Shown here one piece after another: positions 34,519 to 44,128 of a stretch of DNA of 64,000 bases. A program made the translations under genes and the position numbers. The stretch's first letter is position 1; every line of letters begins with the position of its first letter. Below the pieces are notes generated by a model. The model did not search any database, was not told the DNA's origin, and saw only the letters and a list, made by a program, of their open reading frames with translations. This DNA is from Parcubacteria bacterium C7867-008 (GTDB lineage Bacteria > Patescibacteriota > Minisyncoccia > Phycocordibacterales > Phycocordibacteraceae), in assembly GCA_001189215.1 (NCBI GenBank), contig LFCR01000004.1, positions 249,635 through 313,634 of the forward strand, in the 5' to 3' direction.

Positions 34519-35286
34519 ATGGAAACGATTACAAAGACCACGATCACCCGCGACCCACGTCGCCTATACGCTATCCAAGCACTTGCCGTGGTAGGTTTTA
34601 TCACACTTATCATCATGGGTATCGTGCTTGCTATCTATACCGCACGCTTCGTACCAGACGCAGTTAACCGCGTTGGTTCTGCAGCGGTATACCTTTCTCA
34701 GGTATTCTCACCTAGTGACGATGAGAATCTTACCGTTGTCCCCCAGATTCCTTTCGAGAACGTAGTAGCATCTACAACCACAGCAACGACTACAATTCCT
34801 GCTACCCCTGTAGCAACAGTCATCCCGGGTGGAGCTACGCCTGCAGCAGTAAATCCTGGTCCTCGCACCACAACCACCTACCCTGTTGGCGCTGGCTCCA
34901 ACGCTCCCCTTTCAGGAAAGTCTGATCTTACGGTCTCAATCACTCAGACCGGATATCTCACCTCAGATTCAACAGACTCATTTATTTCAAGTAAGTCTGT
35001 TCCTGACAACAAGAATGCTGCAGTGAAGTTCACTGTTACAAATACAGGAACTAACACTACGGGCGCATGGGAGTTCCGTGCTGAGCTTCCTACCACTTCA
35101 AGCTACACTTTCAATTCAGCTTCACAGCAGTCACTACGACCTGGAGAGAAGATTGATTATGTGCTTGGGTTTGATCGCGCACGTTCAGGCGACCGTACCA
35201 TCACCATCACGGTTGATAGCGGTAGCGATGTAAACGAATCAAACGAAGGAAATAACAGCGACTCTGAATCAATTACGATCAAGTAA
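34519..35286 (+). CDS. Membrane-anchored CARDB-domain protein
   Basis: TM, Thr-rich linker, SDL...V.N.G...VDSG..VNESNEGNN CARDB pattern. Confidence 0.8.
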   Translation: METITKTTITRDPRRLYAIQALAVVGFITLIIMGIVLAIYTARFVPDAVNRVGSAAVYLSQVFSPSDDENLTVVPQIPFENVVASTTTATTTIPATPVATVIPGGATPAAVNPGPRTTTTYPVGAGSNAPLSGKSDLTVSITQTGYLTSDSTDSFISSKSVPDNKNAAVKFTVTNTGTNTTGAWEFRAELPTTSSYTFNSASQQSLRPGEKIDYVLGFDRARSGDRTITITVDSGSDVNESNEGNNSDSESITIK

Positions 35287-35332
35287 GCAAAAGAAAAGCC
35301 ACCCGGCTCATGCCGGGTGGCTTTTCTTTTAT

Positions 35333-37414
35333 CTATACGTCGAGGTTTGCGAGCTTCGCATTAGACTGGATGAAACTCTTACGGCTCGGAACATCTGAGC
35401 CCATGAGGATATCAAAGATGCGGTCTGCATCAGTGGCATCTTCGATGGTTACACGCTTGAGAACACGATTAGAAGGATTCATGGTGGTCTCCCAGAGTTC
35501 TTCTGGATTCATCTCACCAAGACCTTTATATCGCTGAATAGAGACCTTCGCACTCTTCTTGGTAGCCACCTCTTCTTCTGGTGAACCATCCGTTTCTTCA
35601 TCAGTTCCCTGGTCCTCTTCACCCGCATCTACGGCCATGTCTGCATCAGGTCCAAGGATACGGAACTTCTCTTCGTCTGAGTACGCGTACATGACTTCCT
35701 TGCCACGCTTGATCTTGTACAGCGGTGGTTGTGCGATGTATATAAATCCACCATCGATGATCGGCCGGAAGTGACGGTAGAAGAGAGTGAGGAGAAGGGT
35801 GCGAATGTGTGCACCATCCACGTCCGCATCAGTTGCAATGATTATCTTGTGGTACCGGAGCTTGCTGATATCAAAGATATCTCCGATAGCGGTACCCATA
35901 GCAACAACGAGGTTCTTGATCTGCTCAGATGCAAGCATCTTATCAAGACGTGCTCGTTCAATGTTCAGGATCTTGCCACGAAGTGGAAGAATTGCCTGGG
36001 TACGGCGATCGCGACCAGTCTTAGCAGAACCTCCTGCAGAGTCTCCCTCCACAATGAAGATCTCTGACTCTGCTGGGTCCTTTGTCTGACAATCGGCCAG
36101 CTTACCAGGAAGGGTCATTCCCTCAAGTGCACCCTTTCGCATGACTGAATCTTTCGCCGCTTTAGCAGCCTTGCGTGCCTTAAGGGCAAGCAACACTTTG
36201 TTTACGATGGCACGACCATCATCTGGATTCTCTTCAAGGAAGGTGCTCAGCGCACCTCCAAACACGGTGGCCACGGCTCCCTGTGCCTCAACAGAACCCA
36301 GTTTACCCTTAGTCTGTCCTTCAAACTGGATCTCAGGCATTTTAACGGAAACCACAGCAGTGATTCCCTCAAGCGCATCATCACCGGTAAAGTTCTCTTC
36401 ACTTTCCTTCAGGATGCCTGCCGTACGCGCATACGTATTAAGTGTTCGGGTGAGGGCGGTTTTGAAACCGGTCACATGCGTACCGTGTTCCGGATTATAT
36501 ATATTGTTAGCGAAGGCAAGAAGACGTGGTGAGATATCGTCTGTGTATTGGAACGCAACCTCAACCATCACTTCATTATCAGTTGCATCAACATAGAAAA
36601 TGTTCTTGTGTGCGGGAGTCTGATGCTTGTTATAGAACGATATAAGTGAGCGAAGACCACCTTCAAAGAAGAAGCTCATTGTCGGGACTTCAAGACCAAG
36701 TTCACGCACATATGCGACTTCTTCTGAATCAACCATTCCTGCTTCACGTGCATCAACAACGGCGATGCGAGTTCCCTTCACCAGGTATGCCTGTTGACGT
36801 ACATGACTTACGATCTTGTCCCAGTTCCAACTAATACCGTCTTTAAAGATTGTGTCGTCTGGTTTGAAGAAAGTCACCGTTCCCTGATGCTTGGTCTTTC
36901 CAATCTGTTTTACCTTTCCAAGTGTCTTACCAATCTTGTACTCCTGCATGTGTGTTGCACCGTTCTTGTGGACGATAACCTTTGCGTGTTCTGAAAGTGC
37001 ATTCACCACAGATGCTCCCACACCATGGAGACCTCCAGACACCTTGTATCCAGAATCTTCACCACCAAACTTACCTCCTGCGTGGAGAGTGGTCATAATG
37101 GTTTCGAGAGCAGACACCTTTGTCTTTGGGTGAATGTCCACCGGGATACCGCGCCCATTATCTACGACACGCACATAGCCACCGGGAAGCAGGGTGATCT
37201 CAATATCATCGGCAAAGCCACCCATCGCTTCGTCGCGTGAGTTATCGAAAATCTCCCAGATAAGGTGATGCAGACCATCGGGACCCGTGGTTCCGATGTA
37301 CATACCCGGTCGTTTACGTACCGGATCAAGACCTTCCAAAACACTAATGGAAGATGCGTCATATTCACCGCTCTTGGCAGCCTTTTTGCTCGTTTTATCG
37401 CCTTCCTTAGCCAT
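35333..37414 (-). CDS. gyrB: DNA gyrase subunit B
   Basis: VRKRPGMYIG, SGGLHGVGASVVNALS, VEGDSAGGS, DADVDGAHI, QRYKGLGEMNP. Confidence 0.96.
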   Translation of the reverse strand: MAKEGDKTSKKAAKSGEYDASSISVLEGLDPVRKRPGMYIGTTGPDGLHHLIWEIFDNSRDEAMGGFADDIEITLLPGGYVRVVDNGRGIPVDIHPKTKVSALETIMTTLHAGGKFGGEDSGYKVSGGLHGVGASVVNALSEHAKVIVHKNGATHMQEYKIGKTLGKVKQIGKTKHQGTVTFFKPDDTIFKDGISWNWDKIVSHVRQQAYLVKGTRIAVVDAREAGMVDSEEVAYVRELGLEVPTMSFFFEGGLRSLISFYNKHQTPAHKNIFYVDATDNEVMVEVAFQYTDDISPRLLAFANNIYNPEHGTHVTGFKTALTRTLNTYARTAGILKESEENFTGDDALEGITAVVSVKMPEIQFEGQTKGKLGSVEAQGAVATVFGGALSTFLEENPDDGRAIVNKVLLALKARKAAKAAKDSVMRKGALEGMTLPGKLADCQTKDPAESEIFIVEGDSAGGSAKTGRDRRTQAILPLRGKILNIERARLDKMLASEQIKNLVVAMGTAIGDIFDISKLRYHKIIIATDADVDGAHIRTLLLTLFYRHFRPIIDGGFIYIAQPPLYKIKRGKEVMYAYSDEEKFRILGPDADMAVDAGEEDQGTDEETDGSPEEEVATKKSAKVSIQRYKGLGEMNPEELWETTMNPSNRVLKRVTIEDATDADRIFDILMGSDVPSRKSFIQSNAKLANLDV

Positions 37415-37462
37415 ACTTTGTTACTTAGAGTATAGCATAAACTGCCCCGCAAGACCTCTTTA

Positions 37463-39358
37463 CTAGCGTACCTCCCAGTCCCTCTGTGCGTTAAGTATAT
37501 TCGTTACACGCTGCATAATTGGGTCCAGATCAGTATCTGCAAGCGTACGGTCATTTGCTTGGAATACGAGACGGAAAGCATACGAGGTACGGCCATCCTT
37601 TTCAAAGCGATCAAAGCGATCAATACGCGCAAGCAGCTCATCTGCTTCCTGTTCGATCAGCAGTGCAACTTCTGATTCCTGCGTATCTTCAGGGACCCAT
37701 ACTGCAACATCGCGTAATGCAAAAGGATACGCAGAGAACTGTCGATAGTCTCCGAGTACAACCTTCTGAGGCCAGTAGTCACGACCAAGTGCTTCTAGAT
37801 CGATTGCTGACAGATCCACTTCAGCCACATTCACATCGAGTATTGATACATGGAGACCAAGTTCACTGCCGAGTGCTTCTGCAAGCTCACCTAGTACTGT
37901 ATCGGTCTTCTTTCCTGTGAGCTGCTGATACCCAAGCACAAGAGAAAGGCTTTCGCCTTGCTTTGGGAATACCGTACCGATCTCAAACAACTTAATCATG
38001 GAGTCTGGTCCTAGTGCTATCGGAGCAACATTCACTGAACGACTAAGTGCAGCACGCATGTTCTCTGCAAGAGTGGTGCGCAGTGCTGGTTTAGTCATAT
38101 CAAGCGGATTCGCAAGATATATGTCTCCTGTTACCGCAAAAGACTGGGTACTAATTTCCATGTAGCCACGTTCAAGGAGGAAATCTTTGATACGTTCAAT
38201 ACCTTTGTATCGAAGATTATCTGGCTGGATGCCATCGGTGAAAGGGGTCGACTCTATCTTGTCGTACCCAAGAATACGTCCCACCTCTTCAACAAAGTCC
38301 TCCGGAAGGACAATGTCACGTCGCTCGAAGGGCGGCATGACGGTAAAGACTTCACTGGTAAGTGTATAGGGAAGCCCAAGACGTTTAAGCGCTCCTACCA
38401 CATCATCGGCAGTGTATGCGGTGCCAAGCATTCCATTTATTTGTGAAAGCGGTACCGATACCATTGGATTATCTTGTGGATTTGGATACACATCAACGAC
38501 TCCAATCAATTCACCTCCTGCGACCTGCTCAATAAGGACAAGTGCCTCATTCATTCCATATGCAACAAGTTCCGGTGAAGGTTTGTTTTGGAAACGACTA
38601 CTTGCATCAGTAAAGAGTTTGAGTGCCTGAGCGGTACGGCGAATACTGCTTCCATCAAAGTTAGCAGCCGATACATACAGATCGGTCGTATGCTCATCAA
38701 TACTCGAAGCCATTCCTCCTTTGATTCCCGCAATATCAAGCGGGGTTCCTGTTTCTGCTTCAGCGATAACAATAGTGCCTACGGGTAGGAGATATTCTTC
38801 ACCGGTTAGTACCGTAATCTTTTCTTCTGAATCAAGTTCGCGAATACGGACTGCAAGAGTTCCGTTTGTGGTCTTCTGTATCTTGGATGCATCGAAGGCG
38901 TGCAGTGGCTGCCCCATATTGAAGGTCACATAATTTGTTATGTCGACAATATTATTTATGGAGCGCTGACCAATTGATTCAAGTGCATTCTTAAGCCATT
39001 CAGGTGATGGGCCGACTTTCACTCCTCTCACCAATGCACCCATCTGACGAGCACTCTTATCGGTATCAATGGTAATGGTGAGCTTGTCTGTTGTTGGCCA
39101 CAGAGGAAGTAGTGTACGGAGGGGATCCTCTTTCATTGGGCGATCTAATATTGCTGAAAGTTCATATGCGACACCTCGGTGCGAAAGCAGATAAGCTGCA
39201 CGATCAGGCAGTACGTTCACATCAATGTACGTTGGCATAATCTCTTCAATTTCAGCAACGTTGAATGTAAGTGCATCAGCAAGCTCTTCCGGGCTTGGGA
39301 GTGGTTCATCGAAGTATTTCTGTAGCCACGCGGGGGATGTTTTCATGCTGATAGCCAT
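37463..39358 (-). CDS. pheT: Phenylalanine--tRNA ligase beta subunit (no B2/OB domain)
   Basis: SINNIVDITNYV..GQPLHAFD, B5 DFVEEVGRILGY, FDX-ACB RDVAV...RTL. Confidence 0.93.
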   Translation of the reverse strand: MAISMKTSPAWLQKYFDEPLPSPEELADALTFNVAEIEEIMPTYIDVNVLPDRAAYLLSHRGVAYELSAILDRPMKEDPLRTLLPLWPTTDKLTITIDTDKSARQMGALVRGVKVGPSPEWLKNALESIGQRSINNIVDITNYVTFNMGQPLHAFDASKIQKTTNGTLAVRIRELDSEEKITVLTGEEYLLPVGTIVIAEAETGTPLDIAGIKGGMASSIDEHTTDLYVSAANFDGSSIRRTAQALKLFTDASSRFQNKPSPELVAYGMNEALVLIEQVAGGELIGVVDVYPNPQDNPMVSVPLSQINGMLGTAYTADDVVGALKRLGLPYTLTSEVFTVMPPFERRDIVLPEDFVEEVGRILGYDKIESTPFTDGIQPDNLRYKGIERIKDFLLERGYMEISTQSFAVTGDIYLANPLDMTKPALRTTLAENMRAALSRSVNVAPIALGPDSMIKLFEIGTVFPKQGESLSLVLGYQQLTGKKTDTVLGELAEALGSELGLHVSILDVNVAEVDLSAIDLEALGRDYWPQKVVLGDYRQFSAYPFALRDVAVWVPEDTQESEVALLIEQEADELLARIDRFDRFEKDGRTSYAFRLVFQANDRTLADTDLDPIMQRVTNILNAQRDWEVR

Positions 39359-39360
39359 AT

Positions 39361-40089
39361 CTAGGAAATGTTTTGTGGGAATCCTGTCGTGAAGCGAATA
39401 TCTCCAGAATGAAAGAGTCGCACATCAGGTACACCGTGTTTAACCATTATCAGACGCTCGAGACCACCACCGAATGCAAAGCCTTGGATCTTTGCAGGAT
39501 CAAGACCGGCATTCTTAATGACGTTTGGGTGCAACATACCCGCACCACCCATCTCAAGCCATCGACCTTCCTTTCCTGGAGCCTGCCACCACATATCAAA
39601 TTCAACCGACGGTTCGGTGAATGGGAAATAACTTGGACGGAATCGGGTTTTTGCTTCCGCACCAAAGTATTCACGATACAACTGATCGAGCGTTCCTTTT
39701 AGATGTCCGAGCGTGATATCAGGCCCAACGGCAAATCCATCAAGCTGATAGAACTGCGCTTCATGCGTCATATCTGTTGCTTCGTTGCGAAATACCTTTG
39801 CAGGCGAGATTGCGCGATAGCTTGTGAGTCCCTCCTTAGCCATTTTCTCTAAGAATCGAATGGTGACACTTGTGGTGTGAGTGCGTGGAGTTCGTGGCGT
39901 TTCTTCCTTCGTCCAGAAGGTGTCTTGCATGTCGCGCGCAGGATGATCTGCTGGCACATTGAGTGCAGTGAAGTTGTACCACTCATCCTCGAGTTCAGGA
40001 CCATACTCGATAGCAAATCCCATGCGACCGAATATGTCCGCTATCTCACGGGTCGCAGCCGTTATGGGGTGAAGTCTGCCGTCTGCCAT
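39361..40089 (-). CDS. pheS: Phenylalanine--tRNA ligase alpha subunit (catalytic core only)
   Basis: GRLHP, HPARDMQDTF, RFRPSYFPFTEPS, GFAFGGGLERL; TATACT 7 nt upstream of ATG 40089. Confidence 0.93.
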   Translation of the reverse strand: MADGRLHPITAATREIADIFGRMGFAIEYGPELEDEWYNFTALNVPADHPARDMQDTFWTKEETPRTPRTHTTSVTIRFLEKMAKEGLTSYRAISPAKVFRNEATDMTHEAQFYQLDGFAVGPDITLGHLKGTLDQLYREYFGAEAKTRFRPSYFPFTEPSVEFDMWWQAPGKEGRWLEMGGAGMLHPNVIKNAGLDPAKIQGFAFGGGLERLIMVKHGVPDVRLFHSGDIRFTTGFPQNIS

Positions 40090-40162
40090 ATAGCCGAGTA
40101 TACCCTCTGTGTCATAGAAAAAATAGGCTATTTTTGCTAGACTGCTACTACGCTTCGGGCCT

Positions 40163-41401
40163 ATGCAACTTGAATTCTTCGTATACCCCTTCCTCTTCCT
40201 TGGCTTGTATTTCCAGGTGTTTCTCCTCATTACCTTCCTCTCCACTCCAGCACGTGAACGACGTGCCAGACCAGCCTCTATAGCTACCCCTAAAGTTGCC
40301 ATTATCGTTCCCTGCTGGAATGAACAAGACACGATCGGCGGGACTGTGAAATCGCTTCTAGCTCTGGACTATCCGAAAGACAAACTTGAGATCATTCTCG
40401 TGAATGATGGTTCAGTTGATAACACAAAAGAAGTAATGGATTCATATATTGGGAATCCACAGATCACCGTGATCCACAAAGAGAATGGTGGGAAGCACAC
40501 GGCAATCAATGCCGGTATTGAACGTGCCACGGATGCAATATTTGTGGGCTGTCTTGATGCAGACTCATTCGTTGCACCAGATGCACTTCGTGAGATTGTT
40601 TCTTGTTTCGATGATCCAAAGGTTTCTGCAGCGACACCTGCCATGAGCGTACATAATCCGCGTAGCATGCTAGAGCGTATGCAGAACGCTGAGTACATCT
40701 TTGGTATCATGGTGCGCCACGTACTTTCTGCGGTGAATGGTATTTATGTGACACCTGGCCCGTTCTCCTTCTACCGAATGTCTGTAATACGTGAGGTAGG
40801 TGGATTCCGCCACGCGCACCAGGCAGAAGACATGGAAATGGCGCTACGCATGCAGCGTGCAGGATATCTTATTGAGAACGCCCCACGTGCTCGCGTATAC
40901 ACCAAGGTGCCGCGCACCATCAAGACCCTCGTAAAGCAGCGCACGCGTTGGACTACGGGCTTCCTACGCAACGTTACGCAGGAATACCGAGACCTCGTAG
41001 GTAACCCACAGTACGGCATTCTGGGGCTTATGATTCTTCCTTTGGGATTTGTTGCTGTGATCGGTGGTGTTGCACTCTTCCTGCTTGCGATCGCTATGAT
41101 GGTCCGTGAGATTATTCGTACCTACATGATTACGCATGGCGTTCCCCTTTCATATACCCTCATGCCTCACTTCACGCTTGAAGGGTTCTATCTTTCTCTC
41201 ACGTTTGTTACCCTCCTCTCCCTTATTACTGGTGCTGCCTCAGTTGCCTTTATCATCATCGGCAAGCGTGTATCTGATACTCCCGGTGAGCTAACCGTGG
41301 GTATCATCGGATATGCGCTAGTCACCGGCCTCATAGCTCCGTTCTGGCTTATGCGTTCTCTTTCAGACCTCGTTACCAACACGAAGCGCAAATGGCGTTA
41401 A
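40163..41401 (+). CDS. Processive family-2 glycosyltransferase
   Basis: NDGSVD, DAD, EDM, KQRTRW (QxxRW), C-terminal TMs. Confidence 0.9.
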   Translation: MQLEFFVYPFLFLGLYFQVFLLITFLSTPARERRARPASIATPKVAIIVPCWNEQDTIGGTVKSLLALDYPKDKLEIILVNDGSVDNTKEVMDSYIGNPQITVIHKENGGKHTAINAGIERATDAIFVGCLDADSFVAPDALREIVSCFDDPKVSAATPAMSVHNPRSMLERMQNAEYIFGIMVRHVLSAVNGIYVTPGPFSFYRMSVIREVGGFRHAHQAEDMEMALRMQRAGYLIENAPRARVYTKVPRTIKTLVKQRTRWTTGFLRNVTQEYRDLVGNPQYGILGLMILPLGFVAVIGGVALFLLAIAMMVREIIRTYMITHGVPLSYTLMPHFTLEGFYLSLTFVTLLSLITGAASVAFIIIGKRVSDTPGELTVGIIGYALVTGLIAPFWLMRSLSDLVTNTKRKWR

Positions 41402-41422
41402 TTCGTTTATACTGTCTTTTAT

Positions 41423-42112
41423 ATGAAATCCCTCGCTACTCGTAACGCCATTCTGGCACTGGTTATCACCCTGCTCATTATTGGCTCGGTGGTATATGCC
41501 GTTAATTACTTGGATCGTCAGCGCGTTGCTGAACTTTCTTCTATCCAGAATCAACTGGCTACAGACACTCTTTCTGTCGAGACCCAGTTCGCACTTCTTG
41601 AGTCTGCGCCCTGTGAAGATATATCTGAAGGCAACACCCTTTCTCAGGAGGTATCGAATCTTGGTGAAAAGCTTTCTACCGCAGAGAGTCGTTTGGGTGC
41701 CACAGATGAACAAGTAATCCAGCTTAAGAATCAGTACACCTTGCTTGAGATACGTGACTATCTTCTCACCAAGCGACTTGCAGAAGCATGTAACTTCAAA
41801 CCAACAGTTGCCCTATACTTCTACTCAAACATTCCAGGCGCATGTACTGATTGTGACCGCGCAAGTTATGCACTCTCCTACCTCCATGATCAGAACCCAA
41901 ACCTTCGGGTGTACTCTTTCGACTACAACCTGAACCTCGGCGCACTTAAGACACTTATTGCGGTTGAGAAGGTTAAACCTGAATTCCCTGCCTTTGTAAT
42001 TGAAGGAAAGCGGGCCTATGGATTTACTACCATAGATGACTTTAAGAGTTCCTTCCCTAAGGACTTCTTTGCAACTTCAACGACCGCAACAAGTACCAGC
42101 AAAAAGAAGTAA
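41423..42112 (+). CDS. Membrane-anchored hypothetical protein with thioredoxin-like CxxC domain
   Basis: N-terminal TM, coiled coil, LYFYS...CTDC...FPAFVI. Confidence 0.7.
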   Translation: MKSLATRNAILALVITLLIIGSVVYAVNYLDRQRVAELSSIQNQLATDTLSVETQFALLESAPCEDISEGNTLSQEVSNLGEKLSTAESRLGATDEQVIQLKNQYTLLEIRDYLLTKRLAEACNFKPTVALYFYSNIPGACTDCDRASYALSYLHDQNPNLRVYSFDYNLNLGALKTLIAVEKVKPEFPAFVIEGKRAYGFTTIDDFKSSFPKDFFATSTTATSTSKKK

Positions 42113-42159
42113 CTGTTAAAGAAAAACCTCTCTCCTGTTGGAGAGAGGTTTTTCTTTTT

Positions 42160-42235
42160 TGGAGCCGCCTCCCAGGCTTGAACTGGGGACCTTCACTTTA
42201 CAAAAGTGTTGCTCTACCAACTGAGCTAAGGCGGC
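42160..42235 (-). tRNA. tRNA-Thr(TGT)
   Basis: GCCGCCT-TAGCTCAGTTGGTAGAGC...TTTGTAA...TTCAAGC...AGGCGGC-T-CCA, 76 nt. Confidence 0.93.
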
Positions 42236-42238
42236 ACT

Positions 42239-42688
42239 TTATAGTTCTACCACATCTACCCCTTCTTGCGCACGTAGTGCCTTAGGGGCACGACGGGTAC
42301 GCTTCAGAGCAGACTTCAAATATAGCACTGTACCTGCGATACGGGACTGTTTAGGAAGCATGGGCTCTGTAGCACTCACCTCTCCCAAACGACGCATGCG
42401 TAGAGAGCGCACCGTGCGTGTGAGGACACGTTCAACGAAACGGACCGCGATGAGGGTGGCGTGTGCTACATCATGCAGTGCGCGTTCAAATCCGGTACGT
42501 GCCACATCATTGAAGAATGCGCCCCAATCAACGTGTTGCAGGATGAACGATGCACGCGCTACTCGAGCATCAAAATGATCACGACGTACCGCAAGAAACC
42601 GTATCCCACGACGATCCTCCACCGCAATAAGCAGTACAAATGCAGTGAGCATCAGTAACGTGATTGGGATAGGGATGAAGTACAGCAT
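42239..42688 (-). CDS. Hypothetical protein with N-terminal TM
   Basis: Hydrophobic N-terminus; lies downstream of tsf. Confidence 0.6.
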   Translation of the reverse strand: MLYFIPIPITLLMLTAFVLLIAVEDRRGIRFLAVRRDHFDARVARASFILQHVDWGAFFNDVARTGFERALHDVAHATLIAVRFVERVLTRTVRSLRMRRLGEVSATEPMLPKQSRIAGTVLYLKSALKRTRRAPKALRAQEGVDVVEL

Positions 42689-42718
42689 AGGTATGCGAGC
42701 GATGCTCGCAGGCAAACG

Positions 42719-43300
42719 CTAGCGTGCGGAAAACCGCGCGAACTTGGTGATCTCAACACGCTCGCCGAACTTCTGAGATGCCTCAGTAATAAGATCGCGC
42801 ACCTTCTTTGAATCGTCCTTGATGTATGGCTGATTCATAAGCACTTGATCCTGGAAGTATGACGCCATCTTTCCTTCTAGAATCTTGTCCTGCATCTCTG
42901 CAGGCTTGTCCTTAACCTCTTCCATAAACACCGCCTTGGCAGCCGTAACTGCTTCAGGAGCGATGTCTGCCTCATTGAGGTATTTAGGATCAGTCGCAGC
43001 GACCTGCATGGCGATCTCACGAGCAAGCACCGGGAACTCGTCATTACGGGCAACGAAGTCTGTCTCGCATGAGAGAAGGATCATTGCACCGATTTCACCC
43101 CCGTGGATATAGGTACCAACGGCACCTGCACCAAACTCACGGTCTCCCTTCTTCTCAGCTGCTGAGCTTGAGCGCTTACGGAGAATAACCTCTGCCTTAT
43201 CGATATCACCACCCGCTTCTTCAAGTGCCTTCTTGCACTGCATGACGCTAACGCCGGTCTTATCGCGAAGCTGCTTGAGAATGTCGGTGGTGATTTCCAT
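42719..43300 (-). CDS. tsf: Elongation factor Ts (short form)
   Basis: LRDKTGVSVMQCKKAL, CETDFVA; follows rpsB. Confidence 0.95.
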   Translation of the reverse strand: MEITTDILKQLRDKTGVSVMQCKKALEEAGGDIDKAEVILRKRSSSAAEKKGDREFGAGAVGTYIHGGEIGAMILLSCETDFVARNDEFPVLAREIAMQVAATDPKYLNEADIAPEAVTAAKAVFMEEVKDKPAEMQDKILEGKMASYFQDQVLMNQPYIKDDSKKVRDLITEASQKFGERVEITKFARFSAR

Positions 43301-43375
43301 AATGATTTAGGTATAAAGATTCAACAAAATAATCAAACGAATTGAAGCATGAAGCTTCAATTGAATTGGAAGGGT

Positions 43376-44077
43376 TTATCCCTTTAGACCTGCTTCGTAT
43401 GCAGAAGCAAGTTCATCAAGCACGAGAGTTACCGTTGCGCGAGATGCGTCATTTGTAACGATTGGGTACGCTGCGTCCTTAAGATCACAGTCTGAACTCA
43501 TAACACCGATTACTGGAATCCCCGCATCACGTGCTTCCTTAGAAGCGTGCGCTTCAGCTTTGGTATCTACGATAACCATAGCGTCTGGGCGCTTGCTTAG
43601 GTTACGGACACCATCAAGACGCTCGGTGAGGCGATCAATCTCACGGTCGATGTATACACGCTCAAGCTTGGTGTATAGCTTGCTGAGTTCACCAGAAGAA
43701 CGCTTCTCAGTGAGATCTGCGAGGCGATCAATACGCTTCTTAATCTCAACAAAGTTTGAGATGGTTCCGCCGAGCCATCGGCCTGCCACGTATGGCTGGT
43801 TGATACGCTTTGCAGCATCACGAACCTGATCAGATACTTCACGCTTCCCTCCTACGAAGAGAATGGTCTTACCATCGCGTGCAAGTGCTGCCATTGCAGT
43901 CTTTGCTGCAGCAAGCTGCGCATCTGTCTTTACGAGATCAAAGATCTCAACCTTGGATTTAGATCCAAGTACGAACGGCTTCATTGTTGGGTGACGGCGG
44001 CTCTTTACCTGGGCAAAGTGAGCACCCGCCGCAAAAAGACGGTCAACGCCAGGTCCAGCCGAAGTTTCGGTAGTCAT
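43376..44077 (-). CDS. rpsB: 30S ribosomal protein S2
   Basis: AGAHF...HPTMKPF, RWLGGTISNF, P.ND. Confidence 0.95.
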   Translation of the reverse strand: MTTETSAGPGVDRLFAAGAHFAQVKSRRHPTMKPFVLGSKSKVEIFDLVKTDAQLAAAKTAMAALARDGKTILFVGGKREVSDQVRDAAKRINQPYVAGRWLGGTISNFVEIKKRIDRLADLTEKRSSGELSKLYTKLERVYIDREIDRLTERLDGVRNLSKRPDAMVIVDTKAEAHASKEARDAGIPVIGVMSSDCDLKDAAYPIVTNDASRATVTLVLDELASAYEAGLKG

Positions 44078-44128
44078 AGACAGAAGATACCACAGGGGCT
44101 ATGGGGGCGCAATTCCCTGCTCACTCAG

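Noticed and set aside
40090-40332. N-terminal extension of pheS in the ORF track
   Set aside because: Overlaps the divergent glycosyltransferase, has no PheS similarity, and a -10 element sits just before ATG 40089
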